Assembly (NCBI GenBank): GCA_024679065.1
Contig: JAGIQG010000011.1
Coordinates: 60,264,001-60,328,000 of the forward strand
Reading direction: 5' to 3'
Source of the DNA: Sphyrna mokarran
Taxonomy: Eukaryota
DNA: 64,000 bases
The stretch's first letter is position 1. Each line of letters starts with the position of its first letter. Position numbers and translations under genes: made by a program. The notes below the pieces were generated by a model. That model did no database searches and was not told where the DNA came from. It saw nothing but the letters and a program-made list of their open reading frames with translations. Below are positions 1 through 12,344 of this stretch, in pieces.

Positions 1-180
1 GTCCCTTATTGTCCTAAAATGTGCAGGTTAGGGGGATTAGTGAACTAAATATGTAGGGTTGCTAAAATAGGGGCTGGACAAGATGCTCTCTGTGAAAGAG
101 TCAGTCCAGACTCAATGGGTTGAATGGCCTCCTTCTGCACTGTAGGAATTCAATGATCCTATGGTGTATTGATTCTATGA
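1..180 (+). mobile_element. HE1 SINE 3' half (CR1/HER1-type tail A)
   Basis: gactcaatgggttgaatggcctccttctgcactgtagga...ttctatga. Confidence 0.75.
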
Positions 181-520
181 TTGTACGAACACAACTACAA
201 GCAGTATCACTGAAACCGTGTGTGAAAAAGACTATTTGTGTTGCATTATTAATTATTTCATCTTAAATTATTGACTTAAAAAATTGTGATGACTGTCAAA
301 CTGATTATTCAGCTTGCCTTAAAAAGTCAATTACAAAACTAGTTGATATTATAAACAATAATTTATTGAAACTCAGGATTTCAGACTATGGCTTTGGTTG
401 GTCAAATTACATTGCCACTTGAATTGAAGTTATCTGCAAAATAGCTTTAGGAGTCCGCTGAAGCTAAATTAAGGAGTATTTGCGTGGTTTCAACAAAAAA
501 TAGTGTGTAATTTGACCAAA

Positions 521-815
521 CTCACCCATGCCGACCAGGTTTCCTAATCTGAACTAATCCCATTTGTCTTATTTGTCCCATATCCCTTTAAACCTTTGCT
601 ATCCACATACCTGTCCAAATGTCTTTTAAATATTGTAATTGTACCCACCTCTACCACCTCCTCTGGCAGCTCATTTAATAGACGAAGCGGCTTTGGGTGA
701 AATAGTTGCTACTCAGGTTCCTTTTAAGTCTCTCTCCGCTCATATTAAACCTACGCCCTCTAGTTATGGACACCCCTAGCCGGGGATAAGGCCTTGGCTA
801 TTCATCTTATCCATA
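521..815 (-). mobile_element. CR1/HER1 LINE 3' fragment
   Basis: catgccgaccagg...catatccctttaaacct...cctctaccacctcctctggcagctcatt...aaacctacgccctctagtt, the usual CR1 3' end. Confidence 0.75.
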
Positions 816-1289
816 AGCAAACAGGTTTGAATTAAACTAAAAAAATTTTAAAAAAGCTATACAGAAATATTTGCTAGTTATATTGGTGAAGTCAGTTCCT
901 TAGTGAAGTGAAAAGTGACATTTAAAAGTTTTAAAATATGCCTTTAGCATTCTAACAGTTAAAAATAGCAGCTTAATTTTAAGAGTCTTATTGAAGGCTC
1001 ACAAACGGGCAGAATTAACAGCAACTCCCAACAGTGATTAATTCAATTTGGAGACATGGCCAAATTCTATTTTGATGTTTCCAAATTAGTGCAAAGAAAT
1101 ATGGAAACTTGTTTTGTGCTGTATGTAATTTACACTTGAAATGTTTGGTATTGGTACGACCTAATTTAAATACTGTGTTGCATCATTTATTTTCAAACAA
1201 TGCAACACAGTATTTTTTTCCTTAACACAAGTAATGATTTGTCTTTACACACCATGTAACTTTAAAATGGAGGAAGAACAGCAGAAGCA

Positions 1290-1562
1290 ATCCTTTATCA
1301 CCTGGAAGAACAAGGGCAGTGGGTGCATAAGAACAGCAACTAACTGCAAGTTCCCTTCCAAGTCACAATAACATCCTGATTTGGAACTATATTGCCATTC
1401 CTTCACTGTCAAAATTCTGGTACTCCCTCCCTAACAGTACTGTGAATGTACCGATACAATCTGCAGAATTCAAGAGGGTGGCTCACCACTACTTCCTTAT
1501 GGACATTAGTGATTGGAAATTCAGGCATGCCTTGGCAACAACATTCTCATGAATGAATAAAG
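1290..1562 (+). mobile_element. 3' end of a second shark CR1/L2-group LINE family (here LINE-B)
   Basis: gaagaacaagggcag...ctgcaagttcccttccaag...catcctgatttggaactatattgcc, shared with copies at 6250-6570, 42300-43240 and 60830-61550. Confidence 0.7.
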
Positions 1563-2570
1563 GAGGTTTTAACAACAGCAACTGGTGGGCTATTAGAACA
1601 TTACAGGTGGAGGACAGAGTACTTGTAGCAGTGCTTATATATTCCACCGTGTCTACTGTCCAAAGGAAAAAATATGAACCACCCCAAAAGTGGATGGGCG
1701 GCATCGCAAATGCGCAATTAAAGTGTGCCCATTGCTTCTGAAACAGGCAGCAACACGAGCTTCAGCTCTAGAATGGCAACACTGGGATCAGATCAGCATT
1801 ACATTCTAACTTGATGTCACAATCCACTAACATTGCTGACTTTTGTCATAGGTTCACTCACACATGGCAAAACCTTCACCAGAATGCCTGGCACACAATG
1901 TACTTGAAGACTGATCACATGCCACAGGTGCCATTTTTGAGCCAAATGGTACTCGTAGCATCAGAAAGATAGGCACTGAACAGCCAGATAAACTACCTGA
2001 TAGGGTATATTCCAGGATGTAACAGAGAATAACTATCTCAGCCTCTCGCTGCTCCAGGGGGAATATACTGTCAGTGGCTCTCAATGTCACCATCATCCTT
2101 AACAGATCCAAACAAGTCCAACCAAGCAAACTAAAAATTAATTTCAAAAAGCCTCAAGAAAACCTACAGCAAGAAGCTGAAAAAACTCTTGAACATGCAG
2201 CATTTATAAGAGCTGTCACTATCATTTCACTAGTGGACTGTCAGTAGATTTGACAGAAAACTTATTAGTCAGCAGAAATTAGTCTAATTAATCCAAAGTA
2301 AACCAATTTTATTTGACTTTCATTCCTAACCTCATGCCAGTTTTGCAAAGTAAACTGCAATTTGGAAGGGAGCACTGTATGTAGAGAGCAAATCCTAAAG
2401 ATAGATAGAATGAAGACAGGGACTTGCATTTTATAACAAAATTATATTGCTGCTGTAGTCAATGTTATTATTAATTAGACTGCTCAGAAATGTAACTCAT
2501 TTTAACAGCATCACTTTACGATTAGAAATGTCGAGGGAAATCAAATCAGTCAGAAGGATCGTGACCTTAC

Positions 2571-2705
2571 CTTTTCTCCAAAATTAAGCTTTGCAAAAGT
2601 GAATGTTTTCAGGCAAACATTTGATCCACATATTGAAGGTTCAATGTTGTCTTTAAAGAATTTCTCCAAATACATCCCAAAATATGGCCAGGCTTGCTTG
2701 ACAAT
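2571..2705 (-). CDS. ESYT3: ESYT3 coding exon 3 (IVKQAWPYFGMYLEKFFKDNIEPSICGSNVCLKTFTFAKLNFGEK, SMP domain)
   Basis: 135 nt exon with CAG acceptor and GTAAGG donor, open in phase 0. The WPY..MY.EK and LKTFTF.KL.FG.K motifs are closest to ESYT3 among the ESYT paralogues. Confidence 0.93.
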
Positions 2706-2966
2706 CTGGTTTAAAAAATATTAGAAAATGATACCTATGAAACATGAAGCTCAGAACATCCAAGTTTAATTCACTAAAGATTTAACAGTATTGACACAAT
2801 TAGCTTATCTAATGAATTTATCTAACCAACAATAATGAATATCTCTGTCATGGTAAGTGCATGAAAACGTATGCTTCTTTAATTCTTATTTTAAAATACA
2901 TACACTATCACAAGAACTTCCTGCCTGTATTTACATAGGAAACGTGCCCACGAATAGAACTATAAA

Positions 2967-3276
2967 ATAGATGATAGAATCCCTACAGTCCTGAAGGAGG
3001 CCATTTGGCCTATCAAGCTGCACTGACAACAATCCCACTCAGGCTCTATTCCATAACACCACATATTTACCCTGCTAGTCTCCTTGACACTGAGGGACAA
3101 TTTACCATGGCCAATCAACCTGATCCATACATCTTCGGATTGTGGGAAGAAACCGGAGCACCTGGACGAAATCCATGCAGATAAAAGGAGAGCTTATGAA
3201 CTCCAAATTGATAAATCACCTGAACTCAGGTCCTTGGCGCTGTGAGGCATTAGTGCTAACCACAATGGCACTGTGC
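2967..3276 (-). mobile_element. HE1 SINE (tail A)
   Basis: Antisense tRNA head (gtgctaaccac), V core (gggaagaaaccggagcacc) and tail (tagaatccctacagt). Confidence 0.85.
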
Positions 3277-3696
3277 AGTCCCGTGAATGACAAGAGGTTG
3301 ACTGCCACATTTTTGTTGTTAAGAAAGATTTTAGTTCAGAAATTCAAAAGCATCCATTTATACTAGCAGAATAGACTGTTGAGAGAGCTCCAGATATTTG
3401 GCCTGATATCTCATTCGCACAAGTCTTGTGGAAGTGGAAGAACCCTCTGGTCCAAACTGGCTTCATGACACACTATCTGTAACCCCCGTAACTTGCCTGG
3501 GTTAGCAAAAAACCTCACTTACTGTGCTGTCTGGAGAAAACACACAATTCTCCAACAATGCTCAGGATTCCCTTCACACACATTGTTCGCCACTTTAACA
3601 CTTCAATAGCAGGTTAGATGTAAGGATTCGCATTCTAATCAGCAATCTCTGACTGTCTGTGCTGATGTGTGCTATTGCAGACCAGAACACTGCATT

Positions 3697-3730
3697 TGCC
3701 TGAGGAAGACACAGGAGTCGAAAGCTCGCG
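3697..3730 (+). ncRNA. Minimal type I hammerhead ribozyme motif in a PLE-end fragment (element continues to ~3790)
   Basis: UGC-CUGAGGA-A-GAC-ACAGGA-GUC-GAAA-GC-UC-GCG: intact core boxes, 3-bp stems I and II. Followed by the same caaataaa..gttgga.t.taa..tggtgttg tail as the other PLE ends. Confidence 0.55.
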
Positions 3731-4029
3731 TTTTTACTATCAAATAAATCAGTTGGATTATAAATTGGTGTTGCTAAATTCTTACTGAGTTCTTACCAAA
3801 CTGAAGGAATACAGAGAGCAGGGGATGTGAGGTGGTGAGTGGAAAAGATATTTGGGTTGCAATGCCAGCCATCTTTAATGTGAAGCAAGTTAACTCTCTT
3901 TCAAGATTGCTGCCCACAATAGCACAGGCTGCCTCAGATCAAGCTCATGTTAAAGTGGGGACATTAGTTAGACTTAATGGAAAAGAGAAAAGAATCCCAT
4001 TTATAAATCATCTTCTGATGTGTTAAAAA

Positions 4030-4330
4030 AAAACTTTACATGCAATTAATTATTTTGAAATGCAACAACTATTTCAAGCAATGTGAGTGAAGCAGGGACC
4101 ACAAATCAATGAACTGAAACTTTTGTTTTGGTAGCATATTAGTTGGGACACCAGAAAACTCTGCTTTTCTTGAAACAGTGAAATGGGATTTTTAACGTCT
4201 ACCTGAACCACTGGATCAGGCAGCAGGAACTACTATTTTAACATTAATTGTGAAGTGTAATTTCCAATGTTTTGAACATGTCAGCATTTATGAAGCAAAA
4301 TTGGGACAGTGCCACTGAAATGAAGCATTG
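4030..4330 (-). mobile_element. Old Deu-domain SINE fragment
   Basis: gggacaccagaaaactctgcttttcttgaaacagtg..atgggatttttaacgtctacctgaacca. Confidence 0.55.
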
Positions 4331-4574
4331 ACCAAGAGTACTGGCTCTGTGGTGAATGAGATCCTAAAGGTTCTCAAATTCTCTTGCAATTAAACTACAG
4401 CAATGTCAGCATTATAGGAGAAGTATCTTTGGTCAAAGGCACCCTATAGCAAGGAACAGAAATGGAGAGAATGGACAGAAAAAGAGGATTATGTTCTGAA
4501 GATGTGTTAGGAATGTAAAGCCTAAAACTACAGTCTAAAAAGCAAGATATAGATTACTTGATACCAGCCTCAAT

Positions 4575-4865
4575 ATTTATTTATTAGTGTCACAAGTAAG
4601 CTTACATTAACACTGCAATGAAGTTACTGTGAAAATCCCCTAGTCGTCACACTCTGGCGGTTTGTTGGGTATACTGAGGGAGAATTTAGCAGGGCCAATA
4701 CACCTAACCAGCAGTTCTTTTGCATTCTGGGAGAGAGAACTGGAGCACTTGGAGAAAACCCATGCAGACATGGGGAGAATGTGCATATTCTGCACAGACG
4801 ATAATCCAAGCCGGGAATCGAACCCAGGTCTCTGGTGTTGCAAGGTAGCAGTACTAACCATTGAC
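4575..4865 (-). mobile_element. HE1-type SINE (tail B)
   Basis: tttattagtgtcacaagtaagcttacattaacactgcaatgaagttactgtgaaaatcccc tail plus V core and tRNA head. Confidence 0.88.
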
Positions 4866-5779
4866 ACAAAGCATAAATCAAACAAACGTGAAGAGATATC
4901 AACCATAAGAGTTGTGGAGCAGTCATGTAACGCAGACCAATAGGTTTAACAAAGATCGATTGGAAAAGTGAATGTCTTAATAGATTTACACATTTATAGT
5001 AGTTACATTTGAGATGTAGCCAGAAATGGGAACATTTTTAATTGATAATTGCTAACTTGCTGATATTCCCAATGTTTTGCAGCAGCAAAAAAGTTGACAG
5101 TTTTTACCATCACTGTCCTATTAAAACCAATAAAACAAAAAATCAATCATTGCCATGCTCTTATTTAAATTTGCAATTTAACTGAGCCAAAACATTGGTC
5201 TAATACGAATACGAAAGTGGCAGTGGAATTAGAGAAACCAATAGGGATTTAAGGTTAAATATTTGGACAGAGCAGACAGGCACAAAAATACTTCAGCTTG
5301 AAGGAATGTTGATAAACATCATGGAACAAATAGCCACTATCTATCTGGGAACCCAAGGTAAAAGAGGCAAAGTGAGTTTCACTGGAGTTTAATTGGCTTT
5401 ATAACACATCTGATGCTGGAAGCCAGGAAGTAAGACAACTCTCTGTGATATGTCTTGATGAAATAGGTTGGGAGGTTTGTAACAAATGAGTAGAGATTAC
5501 AAAGAAGTTCTGAGTGGCAGGATGCAGCAAGTGATGTTCCCCAGAGATAAGCAGCTTCAGCTTATCAAATATTCATCAAATATTCACTGGATGAAGTAAA
5601 AGTGGAATGCATCCAAGTTTTCAGATAAAATTACTTTAAGAATCACAGTACATTATGCAGAGGGAATAGTTAAGTTTCGAAAGAACGTGGACAGAATATA
5701 GAGCAGCCAAAACTACAGCAGAGTTCGACATGTGAAACAGGAGGTCATCCACTTTGCATCCGAAAAACACAAATGAGAA

Positions 5780-6173
5780 TTTTTATTATTCAGTCATGTG
5801 ATGTAGACATCATTGGTAAAGTCCGTATTTGTTGCTCACCCTTGAGAAGATGGCCCCCTTTAATGGATGTAGTTGATACTGTGAAGGTATTTCCACATCA
5901 CAGTTAGAGGAGGAGTTCCAGGACACAGCAACGATGAAGGAAGAGCATTATATTTCCCAGTCAAGATTGTATATGGAGATGCGGGTGAAAATTAGAGGTG
6001 GTGTTGTTCCCATGCTCTTCTGTCCTTGTCCTTCCAAGCGATAAATGCTTGGGTTTGGGAGGTGCGGTCAAAGGAGCCTTGAAGAGTTGCTGCAGTGCAT
6101 CTTATAGATATGCAATGTTGCACTGTGCACTGGTGTTGGAGAGGTTGAATGTTTAAGGGGATGATTGGGGTGC
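5780..6173 (-). mobile_element. LINE-B 3' fragment (antisense)
   Basis: Reverse complement aligns to the 6250-6570 copy. Confidence 0.7.
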
Positions 6174-6249
6174 ATGGTGGGGATAGACTTTGAGTTTTGG
6201 AAAAGTAATGATATTTAGGTTCCATGTGCACAAATCACTAAATATTCTT

Positions 6250-6570
6250 CCAATTCACCAAAGATCCCTAGACAGCAACTTCCAAACCCATGATCACTTC
6301 CATCTAGAAAGACCAGGGCAGCAGATAAATGGGAATATCCACACCTGCAACTTCCTTTCCAAGCCTGACTTGGAAATATATTGCCGTCCCTTCACGAACA
6401 GTGGGGCAAAATCCTGGAATTTCCTCCCTAATGGCATTGTGTGGCTCAACTCACAGCATGTGGACTGCAGCGATTCAAAAAAGCAGCTCACCTTCTCAAG
6501 GGCAACTAGGGATGGGCAATAAGTGCTGGCCAGTCAGCGACGCCCATGCTCCATGAATGAGTAGAAGAAA
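6250..6570 (+). mobile_element. LINE-B 3' fragment
   Basis: ctagaaagaccagggcagcag...caaaatcctggaatttcctccctaa...caagggcaactagggatgggcaataagtgctggccagtcagcgacgcccat. Confidence 0.8.
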
Positions 6571-7024
6571 TACTATCAAAAGTAATTGAAAAGGTAACTG
6601 AACTTTGCCTTTTGTCACAAGGAGATTGGAGTTGAAGCCTCATAGAAAGGTACACTGGCCTTAAGAACAGTATGGTATGGATTCACCAGAATGATACCAG
6701 GACTAACAGGTTAACAATTCAATTTATATAAACATGACTTCCCTTCCCTTTGAAGTTTACAAGAATATCTGATTGAGCTGCTTAAAATTACAAAGGGATT
6801 CAATCATTTTTATACCTCAGAACTACATCATCTGATGGAAAAGACAAAAGAGGGACATAATCTTAAAATTAGAGCAAAACCATTCAGCAGTGAAAAAGCA
6901 GTGCAGAATTTGGACTAACATAGACAACAAATCTCACTGCATCATAACCAATTTTCTAAAAGGCAAGCGATAACCTTGAACTTAAAATGAGGATTAATAA
7001 TTTAGGTACATCTCTCTTCCTTAC

Positions 7025-7066
7025 CTTGTTCAACCATTCCACTCTTTCAATATCTGGAAAATGCAC
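7025..7066 (-). CDS. ESYT3: ESYT3 coding exon 2 (VHFPDIERVEWLNK, start of SMP domain)
   Basis: 42 nt exon between a polypyrimidine tract plus CAG acceptor and a GTAAG donor. Encodes the conserved ESYT motif FPD.ER.EW.NK and is in frame with exon 1. Confidence 0.95.
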
Positions 7067-7634
7067 CTGAAGAAAGAAGAAAACAAAATTAATGCAAAAT
7101 AGTTGAAACTTAGAGAAATATGGCTATTCTGTGGGTAGAATCCATCATACAATCAACTTTGAAATGTATTTTAGTAATATCCTATTGCAACTGGACCAGC
7201 CTGCATGCATCATTGCCCAGATTTTTCACCACACCAGTTTCTCCTTCTGTTGGGGGCCAATGGAAAGAAACAAGGCAGGCCTTCTAACTGGCCCACCTAT
7301 CCATCCAGACTCCCTGAGTATCTGAGCTTTGAACCCAATCGCCGTGTAAAGTCATACATGAGTTGGTGTGCCATTTGCAAGCAGTGTGCAGACTGGGATT
7401 TCCTGAGTGAGAGGAAGATTCTTCCTTATGTCACTGACTAACTATAATTCCATCCTCATTCTTTTCAGACTTACTCAAAAGAGGCTGATAATTTTTCAGG
7501 ATCCAACACAAATGTTTGTGATCAGTTAACATTCTTCCGTGTTACTCAAAAATAATGACCTGGCACAACTTTGGTCCAAGAGTGATGTTGGGATATTTTT
7601 CTTCGAAGAAATTTGTGCTACTTATAAAGATAGC

Positions 7635-7790
7635 TTAGGTTGATTGGCCATGCTAAAATGCCCATTAGTGATAGGGAGATTAGTAAATATGTAGGGTTAT
7701 AGGGATAGGGCCCAAGTGGGATTGTTGTTGGTGCAGTGTGATGAGCTGAATGGCCTCCTTCTGCACTGGATGTATTCTATGATTCTATTG
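7635..7790 (+). mobile_element. HE1 SINE 3' half (tail A)
   Basis: ttaggttgattggccatgctaaa...gaatggcctccttctgcactg...ttctatgattcta. Confidence 0.8.
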
Positions 7791-8504
7791 AAACTTGTTT
7801 ACATAGAACTATCTCATGCAAAATATCAACTATGATTTTTCAGTATTTATCAGAATAATTGTGACTGGGATAATTGCAAAGCTGTCACTGTTTGCCCATC
7901 ATTATTTCTCTGGAACATCCAGAGTTCACACAAGGTTGAATGTGGAAATGTAGAGATGCTGCCAGTGATTTTGCATTTCTTCAGAAGGTGCAATATTTCA
8001 GAATTTGAAACTGCTGAACTGAAAAGAACTTGTGTAAAAACCATTAAAAAAAGTCACACATTGTTTAAGGAGTTTATAATGGCGTACTACGTTCAAACAT
8101 ATTGCTGAATAGCTTCACTGACACTTTGCAACCAAGTTTTTAGTTGCAATCTGTCAGATATTTTAATAATTAAAAAAGTCTGTATCTTAAACTTTTTATA
8201 AAGTTTGATATTTCAGCTTCTATTTTAATCCCAATTGCCTGTTCACATTATTCAATTTTGCGCACAGCTAAATAAAAGTGCACAATAAAAGTGACTGCAT
8301 TTCACTCCCTGGTTTGTTATCTGGAAGGATACTTCAGAGAGTGACCCTGCTTAATGACAGTACTGTTGCAGGATACCTCCACAGCTCTTTGATTTGGTGT
8401 CAGGTTCAAACTAATATTGGGAAAGGGAAGATCCATCTTTGTGGGCAATCCTCTGAGGTCAGGGACAGCTCAGTGACTATCATTGTGCTATGCAGATATA
8501 TGGA

Positions 8505-8762
8505 TTTGGGCCTGTGTCTGTGGGAGTTTGCACGTTCTCCTGTGCTTGCATGGGTTTTCTCCGAGTGCTCCGATTTCCTCCCACATCCCAAAGATGTGCT
8601 CATAGGCTGATAGAACAAATTCTCCCTAAATTGTCTCAAATTTGGTTCTAATGCATAGATCTATAAACATAGACAGGGATCATGGGTAGAAGTGGGAACA
8701 TCGAGGTAGCGGTGCGGGCTTGTTGAGCTGAAGGGCCTGTTTCCCGTGCTGTTTTGTTCTTT
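8505..8762 (+). mobile_element. HE1 core fragment followed by a CR1 tail
   Basis: gagtttgcacgttctcc...ttcctcccacatcccaaagatgtgc; then gagctgaagggcctgtttcc. Confidence 0.7.
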
Positions 8763-9102
8763 GTGACAAGCATTATCACTTCACCACTCACCACAAAACC
8801 CAAGCCTCATTTTGGAATATATTAGTATATACCACTAAAATTAGATGCAGCGTGATCTATTTGTCACCTGATAGCAATATTAACTGAAATATCTGGAATT
8901 TGATCACAATTTTCTTCATCTAAAAAAAAAAATCTTTTTCGAATCTGTATTATTCTTAACCAAAGTGCTGTTAGTCTCCAAGCACCTGAAACTTCGCCAG
9001 GATGGTCTTTTCACTAAGGATAACCCCCAGTTCTGCATGAAAATGGAAAAAACAGCAGGGGGCATAAGGCTGTGAAAATGAGGAGTTTTAATCAAAAACA
9101 GC

Positions 9103-9388
9103 AGCTTGGTGGCACAGTGATTGGCACTGCTGCCTCACAGCAACAAGGACCCTGCTTCAATTCTTGACTTGGATTACTGTCTATGCAGAGTTTGCAAGTT
9201 CGTCCCATGACTGCATGGATTTTCTCCAGGTGCTCCGGTTTCTTCCCACTGTCCAAAAGACTTGCTTGTTAGGTGCATCATTAAATTCTCCCTCAATATA
9301 CCCAAACAGGAGAGTGGAGACTAGGGGATTTTCACAGTAACTTCATTGCAGTGTTAATGTAAGCCTACTTGTGACGCTAATAAATAAA
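9103..9388 (+). mobile_element. HE1-type SINE (tail B)
   Basis: ggtggcacagtgattggcactgctgcctcacagc...ttttcacagtaacttcattgcagtgttaatgtaagcctacttgtgac..taataaa. Confidence 0.9.
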
Positions 9389-10309
9389 ACAGTCAGAATT
9401 ACCTCTACATTTGCACTCATTTGGTGCCAGATTTGCATTCTCATGTAGGCAAATGAGCATTGTACAGATTAGTGTAGGAGTCATTTAAATTTTGACTCAA
9501 ATGCTGCAAAGTGAAATCCAGAAAATTTAGGGCCAATATTACTTAGAGATAACCAATAGCGTCTAAACTCTCTTGTACAAGCACCATCAAATAGAAGCAG
9601 CACACTCAAATAGACTGATTTTCACAAATTGACACAGGGCAATTTGTAATGGTTCTTTTATTTACAGTTTCATCGTTATTTTGTTACAAAGTGACTCATG
9701 GCTGAATGTGCCACAAAATGACAATGAAACCATGAAGACATACTGTTATATTGTCAAGTTAGAAACACCCACTTATACATTATGCATAAATAGATACTAT
9801 GAAATTAGGAAACATTTTATTCCTAAAATATTGGTGAAAACCAAGTGGATGGCAGTGCTGGAAACAGATAAGAAACAGTTCTTGAATTGAAGTACATTAG
9901 AAATTTTATAGATGACAGGAAAATTTTAAAAAGTACAACTCCTATTTATGTTAAAGATGCAATGAAATGTGCAACCTTTATAAATAGGTAACCATATATA
10001 AAAATGAATAAAGTGTGAAAAATATTGTAACAGACTGAGATTTATAGTCTATCATTTTAAAAATCACTAATATAAATGCAGGTACAAGGATACTTGATGT
10101 ACTATCCAGAAGTGAATGCTTTTGTTCATATTAGTAAATCCATTCAAGTTGTTCAATCTAACCAAGGTATAGGTAATATACATGTGAAACCTATGCTTAA
10201 AAGTTATGTTCCTGATTTAATTATGAAATTGAATTAAATAAAAAAATTGGACTATATAGCTACAAATTAAATAGCAAATTAAACAAAATAAACAGGCAAC
10301 ACACTGAGG

Positions 10310-10592
10310 CAGCAGTGCTGCCTCACAGCACCAGAGATCTGTGTTCAATTCTCAGCATGGGTTACTGTCTGTGTGTATTCAGCAAATTTTCCCTGTGTCT
10401 ACTTGAGTTTCCTCCGGATGCTCCAGCTTCCTCCCATAGTCCAAACAACATGCTGGTTAGGTACACTGGTAATGCTAAATTCTCTCAGTGTTACTGAACA
10501 AGCGCCAGAGTGTGATGACTAGAAGATTTTCACAGTAACTTCACTGCAGTATTAACGTAAGCTTAGATGTGACACTAACAAATAAACTTTAA
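10310..10592 (+). mobile_element. HE1-type SINE (tail B)
   Basis: Same head, core and tail B. Confidence 0.88.
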
Positions 10593-11665
10593 ACATGTTC
10601 CTACTTGCAATGTCCAGAACTCATATCAAACCTTAGACTGAGTTGGACAACAAAGTCAATCCATTCAAAGCCCCTTTGTTCATTCTTTCTACCACACCAT
10701 GCATGTCAGTAGATCTTGCATACATCTGTTTACATGCAACTAAATTCTGCTTCACTGGAGCATTATGAATCATACAGTATGGGCAGTGGAGAACTAAATA
10801 AATATCAGACAGATATCAGTAGCTGGAGACAGACTTTTGAACACGTCTGTCTTTGCAGGTGATCAGGGCCGAAATGTGTAATATTTGAATAACTAAAGAA
10901 GCTATAGACATGTCACCGGCTTAAATCCAAGAAAGAAATATTAAAATGTTCAACCTCTGAGTAAAAGAGGGTTGATAAGTCCCCAGAATGCATTTAAATC
11001 TGTTCAGAGAAACCTTTGTCAGAATTAAAAGGTAAATATGATGTAAAATTGCCAAATACAATGAACAATGTTTAAATTATGGCACACGACAAGCTTGGAG
11101 AAAGCAGAAAGCCCACAGTGGACAAGAAAGTGAAATACGTTAGTTCAATTCTGAACAGAAATGAATGCTCAGCTCCTTGAACAATTAGTATGGCTCCAAT
11201 GTGACACTTAGATATTAATAAAAATGTTCTTGTGCCTGTTTTGTGGACATCTCAATAGAACAATACCCAGAGGCATTGATCCCACGATCAAGTTCACGTT
11301 CTTACTTAAATATGCAAATAATATCTAATGTCTGTTAAAGGACTCATGAGGAACTGATCACCGATGATTGAGGCAGCAGTTGGGTTTGGCCCACTTGGAG
11401 TTCTTCAATGGCCCACCACACAAATTTAATCACTTCCATTTATTTCACTGAAAAAAAAGACACACATCGAAGGGAGTCAGAAGGGATAAGAATATTTCCC
11501 TTACTCCACAGGAAATATGATCACCACCTACCTCCCCTGCTTTTATTGTCCCAAAGCTCATCTTTGGGTTGTTATTAGACAATACAGGCAGATTAATATT
11601 GACATCACTTCGCTGATGAGACAATTCACCTGAGCACAAATTGTTCAACCTCCCCACTAAATAGC

Positions 11666-11926
11666 TGTAATGAATCAGGAAACCTGGCTGGAAAAGGAAC
11701 ATAGTTTATTACAGAATGCAAAGAAAAACCATGACAGTGGTGTACACATACTAGTCCCTACCTGGGACTACATTTAACAGACCTTGTCCTAGGCCTGTCT
11801 TATACAGCACAGGTAATGAATTCCAGCTGGGAAAACCACCGTGTGTTACCAGGGGAACTCATCCTCAACAAGCTGCATAGGGGGATTAGTCAGTGATTCC
11901 CCTTCAGCCTCATGGGGGTTACCACA
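11666..11926 (-). mobile_element. Solo LTR (261 bp)
   Basis: TG...CA termini, flanks atagc / atagt (5-bp TSD, one mismatch), and a TATAA-like box (~11800) followed by AATAAA (~11706-11711) on the minus strand. Confidence 0.65.
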
Positions 11927-11959
11927 ATAGTCTTGATGATTAAAATATTTCCCCACATC

Positions 11960-12300
11960 ATGGGTGGAATGGTAGCACAGTGGTTAGCACTGTTGCTTCA
12001 CAGCTCCAGGGATCTGGATTTGATTCCTGGCTTGCGTCACTGTCTGTGTGGAGTTTGCACATTCTCCTTGTGCCTGCGTGGCTTTCCTCCGGATGCTCCG
12101 GTTTCCTCCCACAGTCCAAAAATGTGCAGGTTAGGTTAATTGGCCGTGATAAATTGCTCTTTAATGTTCTGAGATGCATCAGTTAAAGGGATTAATGGGT
12201 GGGATATAGGGATAGGGCCTGGGTGAAATTGTGGTCAGTGCAGACTCAATGAGCCAAATGGCCTCTTTCTGCATTGTAGGGTTTCTATGATTCCATGATC
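11960..12300 (+). mobile_element. HE1 SINE, full length (tail A)
   Basis: ggtagcacagtggttagcactg head, V core and ttctatgattccatga tail. Confidence 0.92.
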
Positions 12301-12344
12301 TCGATAAATGGCAAAACACATTGCTTTACATTCTCAACATGTCA

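Larger units (their letters stand above)
5430..6910 (+). mobile_element. Old CR1 RT fragment interrupted by two other LINE 3' fragments (5780-6570)
   Basis: Degenerate RT pieces (gtgatgttccccagaga, tccaagttttcagata, gaggtcatccacttt) resume after ~6575 (ggattcaccagaatgataccagg, gggacataatcttaaaattagag). Confidence 0.6.

Noticed and set aside
1-2570. ESYT3 exon 4
   Set aside because: No spliceable segment encoding the expected P.R.NGVK-type motif was found; probably left of the window.
11960-12035. tRNA genes (here and at other A/B-box sites)
   Set aside because: All are SINE heads running straight into V-core or other SINE bodies, with no intact cloverleaf.
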